Source: Nitrospirota bacterium
GTDB taxonomy: Bacteria; Nitrospirota; JACRHJ01
DNA: 64,000 bases
Reading direction: 5' to 3'
NCBI GenBank assembly: GCA_963733375.1
Contig: CAVTDB010000009.1
Span: 64,001 to 128,000 of the forward strand
Below are positions 20,021-29,963 of the stretch, piece after piece. Both the position numbers and the translations under genes were made by a program. A model generated the notes under the pieces. It made no database searches. It had not been told where the DNA came from and worked only from the letters and a program-made list of their open reading frames with translations. How positions within the stretch are numbered: the stretch's first letter is position 1; the number at the start of each line of letters is the position of its first letter.

Positions 20021-21178
20021 TCAGGCCCTTTTTATCATCCTTCCTTCCCGGTCGATCTTAAAACTCTCGCCCTTCCAGCTGATGGTGCTGCCGGTGAAAC
20101 TAAAGAGCCATATCAGCGCGCTTGCAAGGTCCCTCGCCGGGAGGAGCCAGTAATATTTAAGCGTGCCCGGGGCCTTTATATATTTCCTCTCCAACCAGAC
20201 GGCCAGAGAAATTCTAAGCGTCAGGTCCACTAATAGAAGGGCCCATCCGGCCGGGGCAAAGCCGGACGCCATTAAAAAAAGCGCCGCGAAGGCGGTCCCT
20301 TTTGTCAGTCCGGCAAAGAAATAGCTTACAGGTCTGCAAGCCCGGTACGTCCTGCCCCATCTCAGTTGATGTATAAAATACTCTCTGAGACTCTCGCTGC
20401 CCAGGATACTGTCCACTACGAAACGCGAAAGCTTCAGCTTGTAGCCTGATTTATATATCTTGTTGCCGAACTGGTAGTCGTCAGCTAAGTAGTCCTTCAG
20501 CGCGTCGAACCCGCCTATCTTCTCCAGCGCCTCCCTGCGGGCCGCCATCGTGGCGCCAAGGGCGAAGCTTACCCCCTCCAGTCTTTCGGCCACGGTTACC
20601 GACGGGAAAAAATCGGCGTTTATGGTCAGGGCCTCGAAGGCCGCGCCAACGCTTTTGGGGTTACAGCCCCTGTACGGACAGGTCACAAGCCCGACCGCCG
20701 GGTCGTTAAACCCTTCTGAAACCTGGGAAAGATATTGCCTTCCCACCAGCATGTCCGCGTCGGCAACCAAAATTATATCATACTTTGCGAGAGCATACAT
20801 GGAGGTGAGGTTCGAGACTTTCCTGTTCGGCGAGCGGGGCGGGCCGGTTTCCACCAACAGCATCTCTTTTCCCGGGTATTCCGAGACGAGCCTCCCGGCT
20901 ACGGAGTATGCGGGGTCGGAGCGGTCCGAGACGCCGAAGATGACCTGAAAACAGGGGTAATCCTGCTCCACGAAGCTCTTCAAGTTCTCGTAAAGGCTTG
21001 GGTCCGCGCCTTTTAAGGGCTTCAGGACGCTGATGGATGGAGGATTTTTTTTATCCGGCGGCGCGGGAAGGCCGGGGCTTTTGTTTTTATAAAAAGAGGC
21101 GAGGCAATATGCGGAGATTATGTAATAGGAGGCGGCGGACAACCACAAGAGCAGCAGGATGGCAAGGATGACTGGCAA
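20021..21178 (-). CDS. hpnI: Bacteriohopanetetrol glucosamine biosynthesis glycosyltransferase (GT21-like)
   Basis: SVLKPLKG, QDYP, NRKVSNL, DAD, LADDY, HQLRWGRT; next to hpnJ. Confidence 0.88.
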   Translation of the reverse strand: MPVILAILLLLWLSAASYYIISAYCLASFYKNKSPGLPAPPDKKNPPSISVLKPLKGADPSLYENLKSFVEQDYPCFQVIFGVSDRSDPAYSVAGRLVSEYPGKEMLLVETGPPRSPNRKVSNLTSMYALAKYDIILVADADMLVGRQYLSQVSEGFNDPAVGLVTCPYRGCNPKSVGAAFEALTINADFFPSVTVAERLEGVSFALGATMAARREALEKIGGFDALKDYLADDYQFGNKIYKSGYKLKLSRFVVDSILGSESLREYFIHQLRWGRTYRACRPVSYFFAGLTKGTAFAALFLMASGFAPAGWALLLVDLTLRISLAVWLERKYIKAPGTLKYYWLLPARDLASALIWLFSFTGSTISWKGESFKIDREGRMIKRA

Positions 21179-21181
21179 GCT

Positions 21182-21913
21182 TTACCTTGCCTCCTTTAGA
21201 AGTTTCGCGGCCTGCGCTTTCGTGTCGGCGGCGTCCTTGTCGCCTTTTCTGGCCGGGGCCGCAACTATAAATCCAAGCTCCGCCTGAGCTTTGTCCTTCA
21301 TCCCGTTCTTCAGGTATGCCTGGGCCAGGTAGAGGCGGTTCACCAGATTCTCCGGGGCTATCTCTTTAGCCTTGAGAAGCAGTTCAAGACCCTTTTTCTT
21401 ATCCCCTATAAACGACCAGCCGGGGGCGTCTATCAAGACCTTTCCCCTGCTCCTGTACGCGCCGGCGTAATCGTATTCCGGCTCCCTGGCCGAGACCGTC
21501 TCCAGGTCCCTTAAGGCCTCCTTCACGTCCGAGAGGGCCTTCAAGCCCCCGACAACATCGGCCTCCTGCAGTAGCGCCATCGCCTTCCAGTAAAGGGAGA
21601 CGGCGTCGCCCGGGTTTTCCTTGAGAGCTTTTTCGGAAGCGTCGAGCGACTTCTTCAGGTAGTCCAGCTTCCGGTTTTTATCTCCTTCGCCTTCCCCCAG
21701 CAGGTAGAGCGCGCGTCCAAGCTGCTGGTAGACTTTTTGAGAGGGCTATGTCTTAATCAGCGACTCAAGCTGGGCGACCTGCCTGATTATATCGTCCTTT
21801 GAAGAGGCCTTGTCAAGCGCCGCGGCTATGTCGCCTGTCTGCGCGGCGAATGAGACGCCGGACAAGCAAAAAATCGCCGAGGCCAGTAATAGTAAAATCA
21901 GCCCTCGCAGCAT
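21182..21913 (-). CDS. Exported TPR-repeat protein (TRAP-T TatT-like), frameshifted
   Basis: Signal peptide from ATG 21913; YDYAGAYRSRG..APG..GD, NRLYLAQAYL helical repeats. Confidence 0.6.
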
Positions 21914-22140
21914 TTATCCTTTGAAAGCCTCGGTTTCGCGCCCAGTTTGCTCAGTATAATCGCCATCGGGCAGAACCCGGTCAAGGCGAATACTATCAGG
22001 TTAATGCCTACCAGGCACGTCAGTATCAGCCAGTACGGGCTAACGAACGCGCCCAGAAGCGCCGATATAAGGGTGATGCTTCCGCCAATGAGAAGGGTTA
22101 TTCTCTCAAGGTACCATTTGTCGGTCTTCAATATGTACAT
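21898..22140 (-). CDS. DUF2892 (YgaP-like) membrane protein
   Basis: LER...GG...VG.NL...ALTGFCP. Confidence 0.8.
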   Translation of the reverse strand: MYILKTDKWYLERITLLIGGSITLISALLGAFVSPYWLILTCLVGINLIVFALTGFCPMAIILSKLGAKPRLSKDKCCEG

Positions 22141-22142
22141 GG

Positions 22143-23573
22143 TTATTCACCTGCCTTTAATGCCTCGCGCCTTTTGGCAAGGAAGCCGTAGAACTCCTTG
22201 GCCTCCCGGTATATCCTCTTCATCTCGTCCTTATTGCCGAATGCCTTTCTCAGCACCTTTATCACATACTTCGGGCGGTAGTAGAACTTCTTGTAGAACT
22301 TCTCTACCGCCATGAATATCTCTTCGCTCGAAATGGACGGGTAGTTAATGACGCAGCTCTGGTAGCCTTTCTCCGAGACCAGGCTATCGAGGTTTATATA
22401 ACCCTCTTTCACGCACATGTCAAAGAACTTCGTCCCCGGATAAGGCGAGGCGAGCGAGACCTGTATCGTCTCCGGGTCCATCTCGCAGGCAAATTTTATC
22501 GTATTTTCCACGGTCTCTCTCGTCTCACCCGGCAGCCCCAGGACAAACGCCCCGTGCACGATAATACCGAGGTCCCTGCAGTTCTTCGTAAACGTCTTCG
22601 CCTGCTCTATGGTGGTGCCCTTCCTGACGTTATTCAGGATATTCTGGTCGCCCGTCTCGTACCCTACCATTATAACGCGCATGCCCCCGTCTTTCATAGC
22701 CTTTAACGTCTCGTACTTCGCGCTTACCTTGGAGTTGCAGCCCCAGCTTATTCCGAGCGGCTTTAGAAGCTTTGCTATCTCTATCGCCCTGGGCTGGTCT
22801 TCGCAGAAGTTGTCGTCGTCGAAGAATATCTCCTTCACGTCCGGGTAGGCCTTCAGCGCGTATTTCACTTCTTCGATCACGTTTTCGACGCTTCTCGTCC
22901 TGTAGGAGTTCCCCGAGTAGGTCTGGGGCCAGAGACAGTAGATGCACTTGGACGAGCAGCCGCGCCCGGTATAAAAAGACAGGTACGGGTACTGTATCCA
23001 GGGTATCTCGTATTCCCTGTAGTCCAGGTCGCGCTTATAGATTTCCGTCGCGAAGGGAAGAGAGTCCAGGTCATGGATCAGTTCCCTGTCCGGGTTATGG
23101 ACGATGTTATCGTCCCGGTCCCGGTAGCTTATCCCTTTAACGTCTGACAGGCTGGCCCCTCCGGCTATCTCCGGGATGGCGTAATCGAACTCGCCGCGCA
23201 CCACGAAGTCAACCGCCGGGGCGGCTTTAAGAGTCTCTTCCGGGAGTACGCTCGGGTGCGGGCCTACGAAGCATACCAGGGCGCTTTTGTCCCGTTCTTT
23301 TATCTTTGCCGCGAAAGCGGAGTCGTTGCCGAGAGACGGCGTGCTGGTATAGAGCACGAACAGGTTATAATCTTTCGCAATTTCGAGGCTCTCCGGCACG
23401 CCCAGCCCGGAGGCCGGTGCGTCCAGGATGCGGGAGCCGGGCAGCATACCCGCCGGGTACGCAAGCCAGGTGGGATACCAGAAAGAGCGCACCTCGCGCG
23501 TCGCCTGGTAACGGGAACCCGCGCCGCCGTCGAAATCCTCGAAAGATGGCGGGTTTAAAAAAAGCGTCTTCAT
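22143..23573 (-). CDS. hpnJ: Hopanoid biosynthesis-associated radical SAM protein
   Basis: LFLNPPSFEDFDGGAGSRYQA.REV.SFWYPTWLA; CSSKCIYC; IQVSLASPYPGT. Confidence 0.93.
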   Translation of the reverse strand: MKTLFLNPPSFEDFDGGAGSRYQATREVRSFWYPTWLAYPAGMLPGSRILDAPASGLGVPESLEIAKDYNLFVLYTSTPSLGNDSAFAAKIKERDKSALVCFVGPHPSVLPEETLKAAPAVDFVVRGEFDYAIPEIAGGASLSDVKGISYRDRDDNIVHNPDRELIHDLDSLPFATEIYKRDLDYREYEIPWIQYPYLSFYTGRGCSSKCIYCLWPQTYSGNSYRTRSVENVIEEVKYALKAYPDVKEIFFDDDNFCEDQPRAIEIAKLLKPLGISWGCNSKVSAKYETLKAMKDGGMRVIMVGYETGDQNILNNVRKGTTIEQAKTFTKNCRDLGIIVHGAFVLGLPGETRETVENTIKFACEMDPETIQVSLASPYPGTKFFDMCVKEGYINLDSLVSEKGYQSCVINYPSISSEEIFMAVEKFYKKFYYRPKYVIKVLRKAFGNKDEMKRIYREAKEFYGFLAKRREALKAGE

Positions 23574-24421
23574 TTTCTGTCCTCTCCGAATTGCTTTATT
23601 CGCTCGATGACTCCCTCAATCAGGATATCGGGAGTGGAGGCCCCGGCCGTCACTCCGACTTTCTCCACGCCCTTGAACCACTCCGGGTCCAGTTCCTGGG
23701 CGTTGTCCACTAAATATGATTTCGGGGCCACGGTCTCCGCCACCTCTTGCAGCCTTTTGGAATTCGCGCTGTTCCGGGAGCCGACGGTGATCATTATCTC
23801 CACCTGCTTGCCCAGGTCCATAGCCGCCGTCTGCCTTTTCTCGGTTGCGTCGCAGATGGTGTTGTATATCTCCGACTGCGGGTAGCGCTCCTTTATCTTG
23901 TGCGCCACCTCTTCGAAGAACTTTATGTTCTGGGTAGTCTGGGACACCAGCGCGATCGGCCCGTCCACCATCGGCAGTTCATCTATCTCTTCCATGAAGC
24001 GGAATACATGGGTATTCTCCGGCGCGACCGCCTTGAGGCCCTTGACTTCCGCGTGGTCCTTGTCCCCCAGGAGGAATATCGTATAGCCGGAATTTGTCAG
24101 CCTGGTGATAATGCGGTCTATCTTGCTGACCAGCGGACAGGTGGTGTCCACGACCTTGAGGCCCTTCGCCTCCGCCGTCTCTATGACCTCCGGCGCCGCC
24201 CCGTGCGCGCTTATTATCAGCGTGCCCTCGTCCACCTCGTCCACGTGGTCAACCGACTTCACCCCCCGCGCCTCGAGGTCCTTGACGACGCTTTTATTGT
24301 GCACTATCTCATGCAGGACGAATACGGGGACCGCCTCCTCGGACGCGGTCTTGTGCGCGAGGTCGATCGCCCTCTGCACGCCCATGCAGAAGCCCGCGTA
24401 TTCGGCTAAATAAACTTTCAT
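23570..24421 (-). CDS. ispH: 4-hydroxy-3-methylbut-2-enyl diphosphate reductase
   Basis: AGFCMGV, IVHN, SAHG, TCPLV, TICDAT, SANS, TAGASTP. Confidence 0.96.
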   Translation of the reverse strand: MKVYLAEYAGFCMGVQRAIDLAHKTASEEAVPVFVLHEIVHNKSVVKDLEARGVKSVDHVDEVDEGTLIISAHGAAPEVIETAEAKGLKVVDTTCPLVSKIDRIITRLTNSGYTIFLLGDKDHAEVKGLKAVAPENTHVFRFMEEIDELPMVDGPIALVSQTTQNIKFFEEVAHKIKERYPQSEIYNTICDATEKRQTAAMDLGKQVEIMITVGSRNSANSKRLQEVAETVAPKSYLVDNAQELDPEWFKGVEKVGVTAGASTPDILIEGVIERIKQFGEDRK

Positions 24422-24430
24422 TAGACCCCT

Positions 24431-25655
24431 CTAAAATGGAAAATCCAGCCCCACGAAAGCGTTTATCCCTTCCTTGCCGTAACCGATATCAACCCGCCCG
24501 ACGACATTCGGCTGGACGATGGCCCGGAAACCGACGCCTGGATTGACCTGGTAGTCCTCCAGCGGCTCCTTCCTAAGCGAGCTGTAGACGCGGCCCATGT
24601 CGACGAAAGGCGCCATCTCCCACTCGCTCCAGACATCGAAGAGACGGAGCTTGAAGAGCCTTATCCTCTCTTCGACGTTAAAGAGTACATATCCCTTGTC
24701 ACGGAAGCGGAAGTCTCCGAAGCCCCGGAGCGTATTCTCCCCCCCGATGGTACTCAGCTCGAAAAAGGGTATGTCGTGCCCGCCGGTCATCTGAAAAGCC
24801 GCCTTCAATACCGTCACAAACCCTTTGTTGTTGTCCAACGGGATGAACGTCCTGCCGTCTATCCCTATCCTGGAAAAAATCCTGTCGTGGCTGAAGCTCT
24901 GGCCAAGCATCCCGTAGAGGTTTGAGTACCAGCCTTTAGTCGGGAAGAGCGTTTCGTCCCTGGTGTCGTACGAGAGCGTCGCCTGCCTCTCTATCACCGC
25001 GCCTCCGTTAATCCCCTGGAGGGTCGGGAATTCATCCTTAATGTACGGAAGGCTCTTGGCCGTGCCTTTGCGGATGGTCAGCCAGCGGAGCCTCTCCCCG
25101 TATGAGATCAAAAAGTTGTGCGGGAGGTAGTATCCAAGCACGAACTCCGGCGCTGAGTTCAATATTCGAATAGTTCGTCTCGTCATTTTCCGGGCTTCCT
25201 TGGGTCAAACCGAAGAACCGGTATGTGGAGTCGCGGAAGTAAGTCATCCTGGCGTATATTTTGAACTTGTCGTCCAGTATTTTATTGTTCCAGTACTCTC
25301 CGGTATACTCCTGGTCCACCTTGGTGGAGCGGTTTATGAATATCCTGTAGTTTTCATCTATCGTCGGATAACCCAGGTAGCGGAACGTGATGTTCACGCC
25401 CGTATTCGCGTTATATATTACCGACGGCGCTATGATACCGTAAATATACTCGCTCTTCTCCTTCAGCAGGAAGACGGGCATCACCCCATATTCGTCTCCG
25501 CCGTTTCGGGAAGTATCGTATACCGGCAACGGTATTATAGAGGTATCCGCCCTCGCGACAGCCGGGAAGTAACCAATAGATAACAATAAAGCCGCGGCAA
25601 AAGCGCATGCCGTGGCCTTAGAATAAGGAAGCGCCCCCTTCAACCTTAGTTCCAC
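24431..25655 (-). CDS. Omp85/BamA-TamA family outer-membrane beta-barrel without clear POTRA domains (frameshifted)
   Basis: YDTRD..FPTKG, GG.NTLRGF...RFRD, C-terminal GLDFPF; start uncertain. Confidence 0.8.
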
Positions 25656-25671
25656 CCCTTCAGCTTGCGGA

Positions 25672-25710
25672 CAAAAAAAGATGAGGGTAGATATTATCAT
25701 ACCCTCATCT
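25672..25710 (-). terminator. Intrinsic terminator downstream of tpx
   Basis: Perfect 11-bp stem AGATGAGGGTA/TACCCTCATCT followed by a T tract on the minus strand. Confidence 0.6.
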
Positions 25711-25737
25711 TAAATGGCAATAGCGTTTTGGGCCGGT

Positions 25738-25789
25738 GACCGGCTCGGGCGACCGGCTGCGGGCAGACCGGCTGCGGAGCAGACCGGCT
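25738..25789. repeat. Short imperfect tandem repeat (GACCGGCT x4)
   Basis: GACCGGCT at 25738, 25751, 25766 and 25782. Confidence 0.7.
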
Positions 25790-25796
25790 TAGTAAC

Positions 25797-26340
25797 TCAG
25801 GCCGCGGCCCTTCTATCCTGTCCGGTCAGTTCCCTGACCACCTTCAGGGCGGCCTCGAAATTGGGGAAATCACCCGACTCCTTTACGTATTCGACATGCC
25901 TTATCACGTTATCCTTGTCCACCACGAAAACCGCCCGCTGCAAGAGCCGCAAGTTCCTTTATGAGCGCACCCCAGTTCGCTCCGAACGAGGCGTCCCTGT
26001 AGTCGGAGATTATCGTAAGCCCCCGGACGTCCTCGTCCTCCATGAACCGTTTCTGGGCGAAAGGAAGGTCCATGCTGACCACCAGCCAGGCAACGTCGGG
26101 GTTGTCCATCTTCTCCGCTTCGTCGTTGAAACGTAAGGCTTCCTTGTTGCAGACCGACGTGTCGAGCGACGGCACGGAAGCAATCAGCCTGACCTTGCCC
26201 CTTGCGCTATCGAGGGTATAATCGTTAAGTTTTATGTCGACACACTTGAACTGCGGCGCCTTGTCGCCCTTCTTCAGTTCCGGGCCGAGCACAGTAACAG
26301 GCTGGCCCTTCATCGTGGCGGCGCCTTTTCTTTCCGTCAT
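25797..26340 (-). CDS. tpx: Thiol peroxidase (frameshifted)
   Basis: [44 protein letters not shown]. Confidence 0.9.
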
Positions 26341-26421
26341 GGCGTTACCTCCCGTGTTTCATTTAAAAATATTCGAATTTTCTTTTCTATTAATAAGGGT
26401 AACACTCAGGAGAGCTGAGCG

Positions 26422-27163
26422 TCAAGTCCGGTGCAGGGGCGGAAAACCATAAAAATCTCTCATCTCAGCGGTGTACTCTCTCTCTTTCGCGTAAATGAAT
26501 AGCGGCGGAAGGACCTTCAGGCCCGGAGAACCCTCCTTCACCGCCTCGACCAGGACCATCCGGGCCTCGTCCCCTTTGTGAGAGTGGACGAACAGCAGCC
26601 GCTTCGGCTCCAGGGAATGCGATTTCATCAACGTTATCAGCTCGCTCAGCCGGTCCGGATGATATATAACGCACACCCGCCCGCGGTTTTTGAGCATTAG
26701 CCTGGCGGTTTTTATGGCCTCCTCTATCCCGCCCTTAAGCTCGTGCCGGGCGCTCGCGCGCTCGTCCGTCGGGGCTTATCCTGCCGGTCCCGGGCTTTCG
26801 AAAGGGCGGGTTCATCACGCAAAGCTCAAAAGACCCTGCCGGCAATTTTTTCGGAAGCTCCCGCAGGTCGCCGTGTATAAAATCGACCCTGTCCGAGAGG
26901 TTATTCACCTCAGCGTTCCGCACCGCCCGCTTATAAAGCGAATCCTGTATCTCCACCCCAGTCACGCGCGCTTTAGGGTATTTCAGGGCCAAAAGCAGCG
27001 ACACGACCCCGCTTCCCGCGCCGAGTTCGAGGATGCTCCTGCAGGATTTCAGGCTGGGAAAATCCGCCAGCAGGAGCGCGTCCAGAGAGAAGCGGTATCC
27101 GCTTTTCGACTGGAATACCTGCACTTCAAAGTTGCGGATTTTTATGGAGTCGAAGGTTTCCAC
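26422..27163 (-). CDS. tRNA1(Val) (adenine(37)-N6)-methyltransferase family (frameshifted)
   Basis: QSKSGYRFSLDALLL, LELGAGSG, NPPF, ARHE, EPKRL. Confidence 0.85.
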
Positions 27164-27165
27164 GG

Positions 27166-27408
27166 TTACAGATTTTTAATTAAATCTTCTTTGGAGATTC
27201 CATTCCAGAGCGAAACATCAGAAAGGATTTCGTCGAGGGTTCCCTTTGCTACTTCTTTGTGGTCCGGGACTGTTACTCTATGCTCGCCCATGACAGTCAT
27301 TCTGCCTAATCGAATATGACTGCCCCTTTGGCGAAGCACGTTGTAACCTAAACTTTTTAACAGCTTGACTACCTGTTGTCCACTTGCCTGAGGAAGCTTA
27401 GGCGACAC
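27166..27408 (-). CDS. hicA: Type II toxin HicA (mRNA interferase)
   Basis: RQRGSHI, VTVPDHKEV.KGTL. Confidence 0.9.
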   Translation of the reverse strand: MSPKLPQASGQQVVKLLKSLGYNVLRQRGSHIRLGRMTVMGEHRVTVPDHKEVAKGTLDEILSDVSLWNGISKEDLIKNL

Positions 27409-27616
27409 TGCCTATCTCCAGTTCAGACATAATCATTACGTCTACTTTTTCGCCTTTATTTATCTCTTCCTCAAAGTGAAGCGCCACCGCCTCTTTGATA
27501 TTTTCTATCAACTCATCATACGTCGCGCCTTGCGTGAAAATGCTGTGTTTTATTCCACGAGCGCACCACATTTTATCTTCATCCTGAAAAGTTTCTATTT
27601 TTATATGCATATTCAC
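27398..27616 (-). CDS. hicB: Type II antitoxin HicB (short form)
   Basis: IFTQGATYDELIENIKEAVALH partial RNase H fold. Confidence 0.85.
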   Translation of the reverse strand: MNMHIKIETFQDEDKMWCARGIKHSIFTQGATYDELIENIKEAVALHFEEEINKGEKVDVMIMSELEIGSVA

Positions 27617-27661
27617 CTCTTTTTATAAATTTATCAGATAAATAACCGAAGAGCAACAATT

Positions 27662-29702
27662 TTACATCATGCTCTGCGGGTCAACGTCCACTTCCACCTT
27701 GCAGGCCGGGGCGGCCTTATTCAGATCAATCAGTTTAAGTCCGGCCTCCAGGACTTCATGGAGCTTCTTATGGCTCTTTGAGCGAAGCGTAATGAAATGC
27801 CTGTATTTTCCGCGCACCCGCTTCACCGGGGCCGGCGCGGGCCCCATCACCTCGACACCTTTGCCCCGCGCTTCTTTTTTAAATATCTCAGCCGACGCCG
27901 CCGCCCCCGCCCCCGCCTTTTCCGGCTTTACTCCCTTTACGATTACCAGCGCGAGCCGCGAGAAGGGCGGGAGGCCCAGTTCCTTGCGGAATACAATCTC
28001 CTCATCGTAGAAAGATTTGTAATCATGCCGGGAAGCGCATTGCAGGCTATAATGCTCGGGCCGGTAGGTCTGGACTATGACCTCGCCTGGCACGTCTCCC
28101 CGTCCCGAGCGTCCGGCCACCTGTGTCACCACCTGGAACGTCCGCTCCGCCGCCCGGAAGTCCGGCTGGTTCAGCCCGTAATCGGCGAGGACGACCCCGA
28201 CGATGCCTATGCCCGGCATGTCGTGGCCCTTCGATACCATCTGGGTCCCCACGACTATCTTCGTCTCTCCGGATGCCACATCGTCCAGGAGTTTGACGAA
28301 CCCGCCGCCGGGCGCGACACTGTCTTTGTCTATGCGGGAGGTCTTGAATTCCGGGAACAGCCGCTCCAGTTCGCGCTGTAATTTTTCAGTCCCGCCCCCG
28401 ACATATTTTATCCGGTCCCCGCCGCACTTCGGACAGACGGAAGGGGCGGGATAAGCGGCTCCGCACCAGTGGCATTTCATCTCGCTGCGCCTGCCTGTGG
28501 TAGGTCATGGAGACGGAACAGGCGCCGCATTTGGGGACTTCTCCGCAGTCCCGGCAGATGATGAAGTCTGAGTGGCCCCTGCGGTTAAGGAAAAAAAGGG
28601 CCTGCTCTCCATTTTCAAGCCTTGCCTTGGCGGCATTTACGAGAGGTTCCGTAAGCTGGCCTCCGTGAAACTGGGCGGCCGGCTGCCGGTTCGCCGACCC
28701 ATCCCGCCGGTCCGCCGGCTCCTTCAGGTCCACCAGGGAGACCTTCGGCATCGGCCTGCCCGCCGCCCTGCCCGGAAGCTCGAGCAGTGTATATTTCCCT
28801 GATACGGCGTTATGGTAGCTCTCAAGCGACGGTGTCGCGCTGCCCAGGATTACCGGGCATCCGGACAGCTTAGCGCGCATTACCGCTGCGTCCCGCGCGT
28901 TATAACGCACACCCTCTTCCTGCTTATAGGATGCGTCGTGCTCTTCGTCCACTACGACCATACCGAGCCGCTCGAAAGGAGCGAAGACCGCGGAGCGCGC
29001 CCCAACCGCCACCAGCGCCTCTCCCTGCCGTATGCGATGCCATTCCTGCCGCCTCTGGACAGGGGTCAGGCCGCTGTGCAGCACCGCCACTTTCTCTCCG
29101 AACCGGCGTGAGAACCGCCGGACAAGCTGGGGGGTAAGGGATATCTCCGGCACCAGCACGACGGCGCCCATGCCGGCCTCCACGACGGGCTTAATCGCCT
29201 GGAGATAGACCTCGGTTTTTCCGCTCCCTGTCGCGCCGTGAAGCAGGAATGGGACAAACGTGCCGCTATCCACGGCATTTATTGTCCCTAAAGCCTCTTT
29301 CTGCGCAGTGGTTAACTGAAAAACCGGCTCCGCCTCGCCGTAAGCCCCCATTTTTTCCCGCACTTCTTTCCTGGGCCGGGAAGGCTTGCCTTCCTCTACC
29401 CCCGGCGCGATGGCCGCGGCAAGGACAAGCCCCAGTGGTGCGAGATAATATTCCGATAGCCATTTAGCCAGTTTAAGAAGTCCTTCCGGCACCAGAGGCG
29501 ATGCATCCGGGATGTCGATTATATCCTTGTAATCGAATTGCCCCTCCCCTGACGAAAAACCGACTATAAAGCCTGTTTTGAGCTGGCCTGAGAGCGGGAC
29601 TATTGCCCTCTGCCCCACCCGGGCCTTCTCCCGGAGGCGCTCCGGGACCGTGTAGGTAAAGGTTTTCCTGGCGGCCAGACCGATAGCTATTTCAGCGTAC
29701 AT
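27662..29702 (-). CDS. priA: Primosomal protein N' (frameshifted)
   Basis: GATGSGKTEVY, VPEISLTPQ, DEEHD, SATPS, Cys4 zinc motifs, QVAGRSGR. Confidence 0.95.
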
Positions 29703-29889
29703 AACTTATTTGTTTTGACTTGTTGAGCGTTAACAAGCAATAACTATAATTGAAATCGCGCAAAATTAATACTAATGTGCTATAAATCACGCTAAATTAC
29801 TAATGCTTGGAAAGGTGGGAATTATTAGAAAAATTAAGCTTTTTGCCAACTTACATCTTCTTATTTAAAATAATTCTTTTAATACGCAC

Positions 29890-29906
29890 AGGGCCTGAAA
29901 TTTGCA
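29890..29906 (+). promoter_or_regulatory. Possible sigma54 (-24/-12) promoter for the HD-GYP gene
   Basis: GG-CCTGAAATTT-GCA (GG-N10-GC) in an AT-rich divergent intergenic region. Confidence 0.35.
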
Positions 29907-29963
29907 TCAGTATTTAAAAGAAGCTTATATCTATTCACTAATGTATTCGGACACCGACGGATT

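Noticed and set aside
25738-25789. Possible CRISPR array
   Set aside because: The repeat is only 8 nt with 5-8 nt near-identical gaps, and there are no cas genes.
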